The translations under genes were made by a program, and so were the position numbers. The notes under the pieces are model-generated. The model made no database searches, was not told the origin of the DNA, and worked only from the letters and a program-made list of their open reading frames with translations. Below, in pieces: positions 37,401 to 38,247 of a DNA stretch of 38,247 nt. Origin of the DNA: Malacoraja senta (taxonomy: Eukaryota); contig JAXLNO010000091.1 in the NCBI GenBank assembly GCA_038087875.1, positions 1 to 38,247 of the forward strand, read 5' to 3'. Numbering within the stretch: position 1 is the first letter of the stretch; each line of letters starts with the position of its first letter.

Positions 37401-38247
37401 TCTTGACGTAAATATGGCTACCTTGCCGGATTTGTGGCGACGATGCCGGATTTATGGCGACCTTGCCGGAATGTTGAGGCCTTGCCGGATTTGTCGCGAC
37501 CTTGCCGGATCTATGGCGACCTTCCCGGAAATGTGGCCAGCTTCCCGGATTTGACGCGACCTTGCCGAATTTATGGCTACCTTGATTGAAATGTGGCGAC
37601 TTTGCCGGATTTGACGCCACCTTGCCGGATTTGTGGAGACCGTGCCGGATTTATGGTGACATTGCCGGAAATATGGCGACCTTGGCGGGATTTATGGCGA
37701 CTTGCCGGACATATGGCGGCCTTGCCGGATTTGTGGCGACCTTGCCGGCTTTATGGCGACCTTGCCGGAAATATGGCTACCTTGCCGGATTTGTGGAGAC
37801 CTTGCCGGATTCATGGCGACCTTGCCGGAAATATGGCGACCTGCCGGATTTGTGGCGACCTTGCGGGATTTATGGCGACCTTGCCGGAAATATGGCGACC
37901 TTGTCGGATTTGTGGCGACTTTGCCAGATTTATTGCGACCTTGCCGAAAATGTGGCGACCTTGCCGGGTTTGTGGCGGCCGTGCCGGTTATATGGCGACC
38001 TTGCCGGGTTTATGGCGAACTTGCCGGAAATATGGCGACATTGCCGGATTTGTGGCGACCTAGCGGGATTTATGGCGACCTTGCCGGAAATATGGGGACC
38101 ATGCCGGATTTGTGGCGACCTTGCCGGATTTATGGCGACCGTGCCGGAAATATGGCGACCTTGCCGGAATTTTTGGCGGCCTTGCCGGATTTATGGCGAT
38201 CTTGCCGGAAATATGGCGAACTTGCCGGATTTATGGCGACCTTGCCG

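Larger units (their letters stand above)
1..38247 (+). repeat. Tandem satellite DNA array, ~20-bp monomer GGCGACCTTGCCGGA(TT/AA)T(A/G)T, about 1,900 copies, running off both window ends
   Basis: The 20-bp period is directly visible, with columns repeating three times per 60-nt line. Every part of the window matches the consensus apart from a few substitutions or 1-2-bp indels (19-, 21- and occasional 18-bp monomers). I saw no inverted segment and no non-repeat insert. Confidence 0.99.

Noticed and set aside
3..38063. Hundreds of ORFs up to 476 aa (e.g. 813-2243, 17738-19072, 31150-32571) as protein-coding genes, including a pentapeptide/LRR-like or CxxC (CRIC/CRKC) repeat protein
   Set aside because: They overlap in all three frames with the same peptide and end at random variant-created stops. 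They have a non-triplet 20-bp period, frequent 1-bp indels and no unique N- or C-terminal domain. They are a by-product of the repeat.
1..38247. CRISPR array
   Set aside because: There are no unique spacers. The variable part is only ~5-6 nt with a few recurring states, and no leader or cas genes are present.
1..38247. Telomerase-synthesised telomeric repeat (loose resemblance of CGGATTTG/TGTGG to long budding-yeast telomere units)
   Set aside because: The array is tens of kb long and heterogeneous, with variants inherited in kb-scale duplicated blocks. That indicates recombinational amplification rather than templated addition, and there is no marked G-rich strand. A subtelomeric location is not excluded.
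1..38247. Bacterial REP/BIME elements, iterons, integron attC or recombinase-site arrays
   Set aside because: There are no intervening genes or cassettes, no inverted pairs and no adjacent rep or integrase gene. The scale far exceeds such elements.
1..38247. Stable hairpin, terminator or G-quadruplex structure
   Set aside because: The monomer offers only a 3-bp stem (GGC-GACCTT-GCC) and the 4-bp palindrome CCGG. G-runs are mostly GG, which is too weak to call a structure.
1..38247. Purely artefactual sequence (synthetic concatemer or rolling-circle read artefact)
   Set aside because: Variants are shared hierarchically among copies at several scales and form distinct subfamilies, which random error on a single template would not produce. 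Local consensus errors remain likely.

Overview
The whole 38,247-bp window is one uninterrupted, head-to-tail tandem satellite array of about 1,900 copies of a ~20-bp monomer. The consensus is GGCGACCTTGCCGGA(TT/AA)T(A/G)T (~55% GC), and all copies face the same way. I see no unique sequence, gene, RNA gene, transposon or CRISPR spacer. The many ORFs in the track are artefacts: the + strand consensus has no stop codon in any frame, so all three frames give the cyclic 20-aa peptide MATLPDLWRPCRIYGDLAGF. The information is in the pattern of variant monomers, which shows a hierarchy of higher-order repeats (HORs). Domain 1 (1-~12.7 kb) has ~2.4-kb units arranged as an AB dimer of ~4.7-4.9 kb, with 618-699-bp internal duplications. 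A more diverged transition zone follows (~12.7-15.4 kb). Domain 2 (~15.4-33.9 kb) has periods of 419 bp, ~800-880 bp, ~4.9-5.0 kb and 1.8/1.3 kb, plus 60-bp trimer runs. Domain 3 (~34-37.4 kb) has 640-760-bp units, and the tail is diverged. A rare six-monomer signature is shared between ~12.95 kb and ~37.5 kb, which suggests a younger subfamily expanded inside an older layer. The array looks like eukaryotic heterochromatic (centromeric, pericentromeric or subtelomeric) satellite, but the organism and function cannot be determined from the sequence. Offsets were read by eye from marker variants and cross-checked against ORF-track offsets; domain boundaries are approximate.
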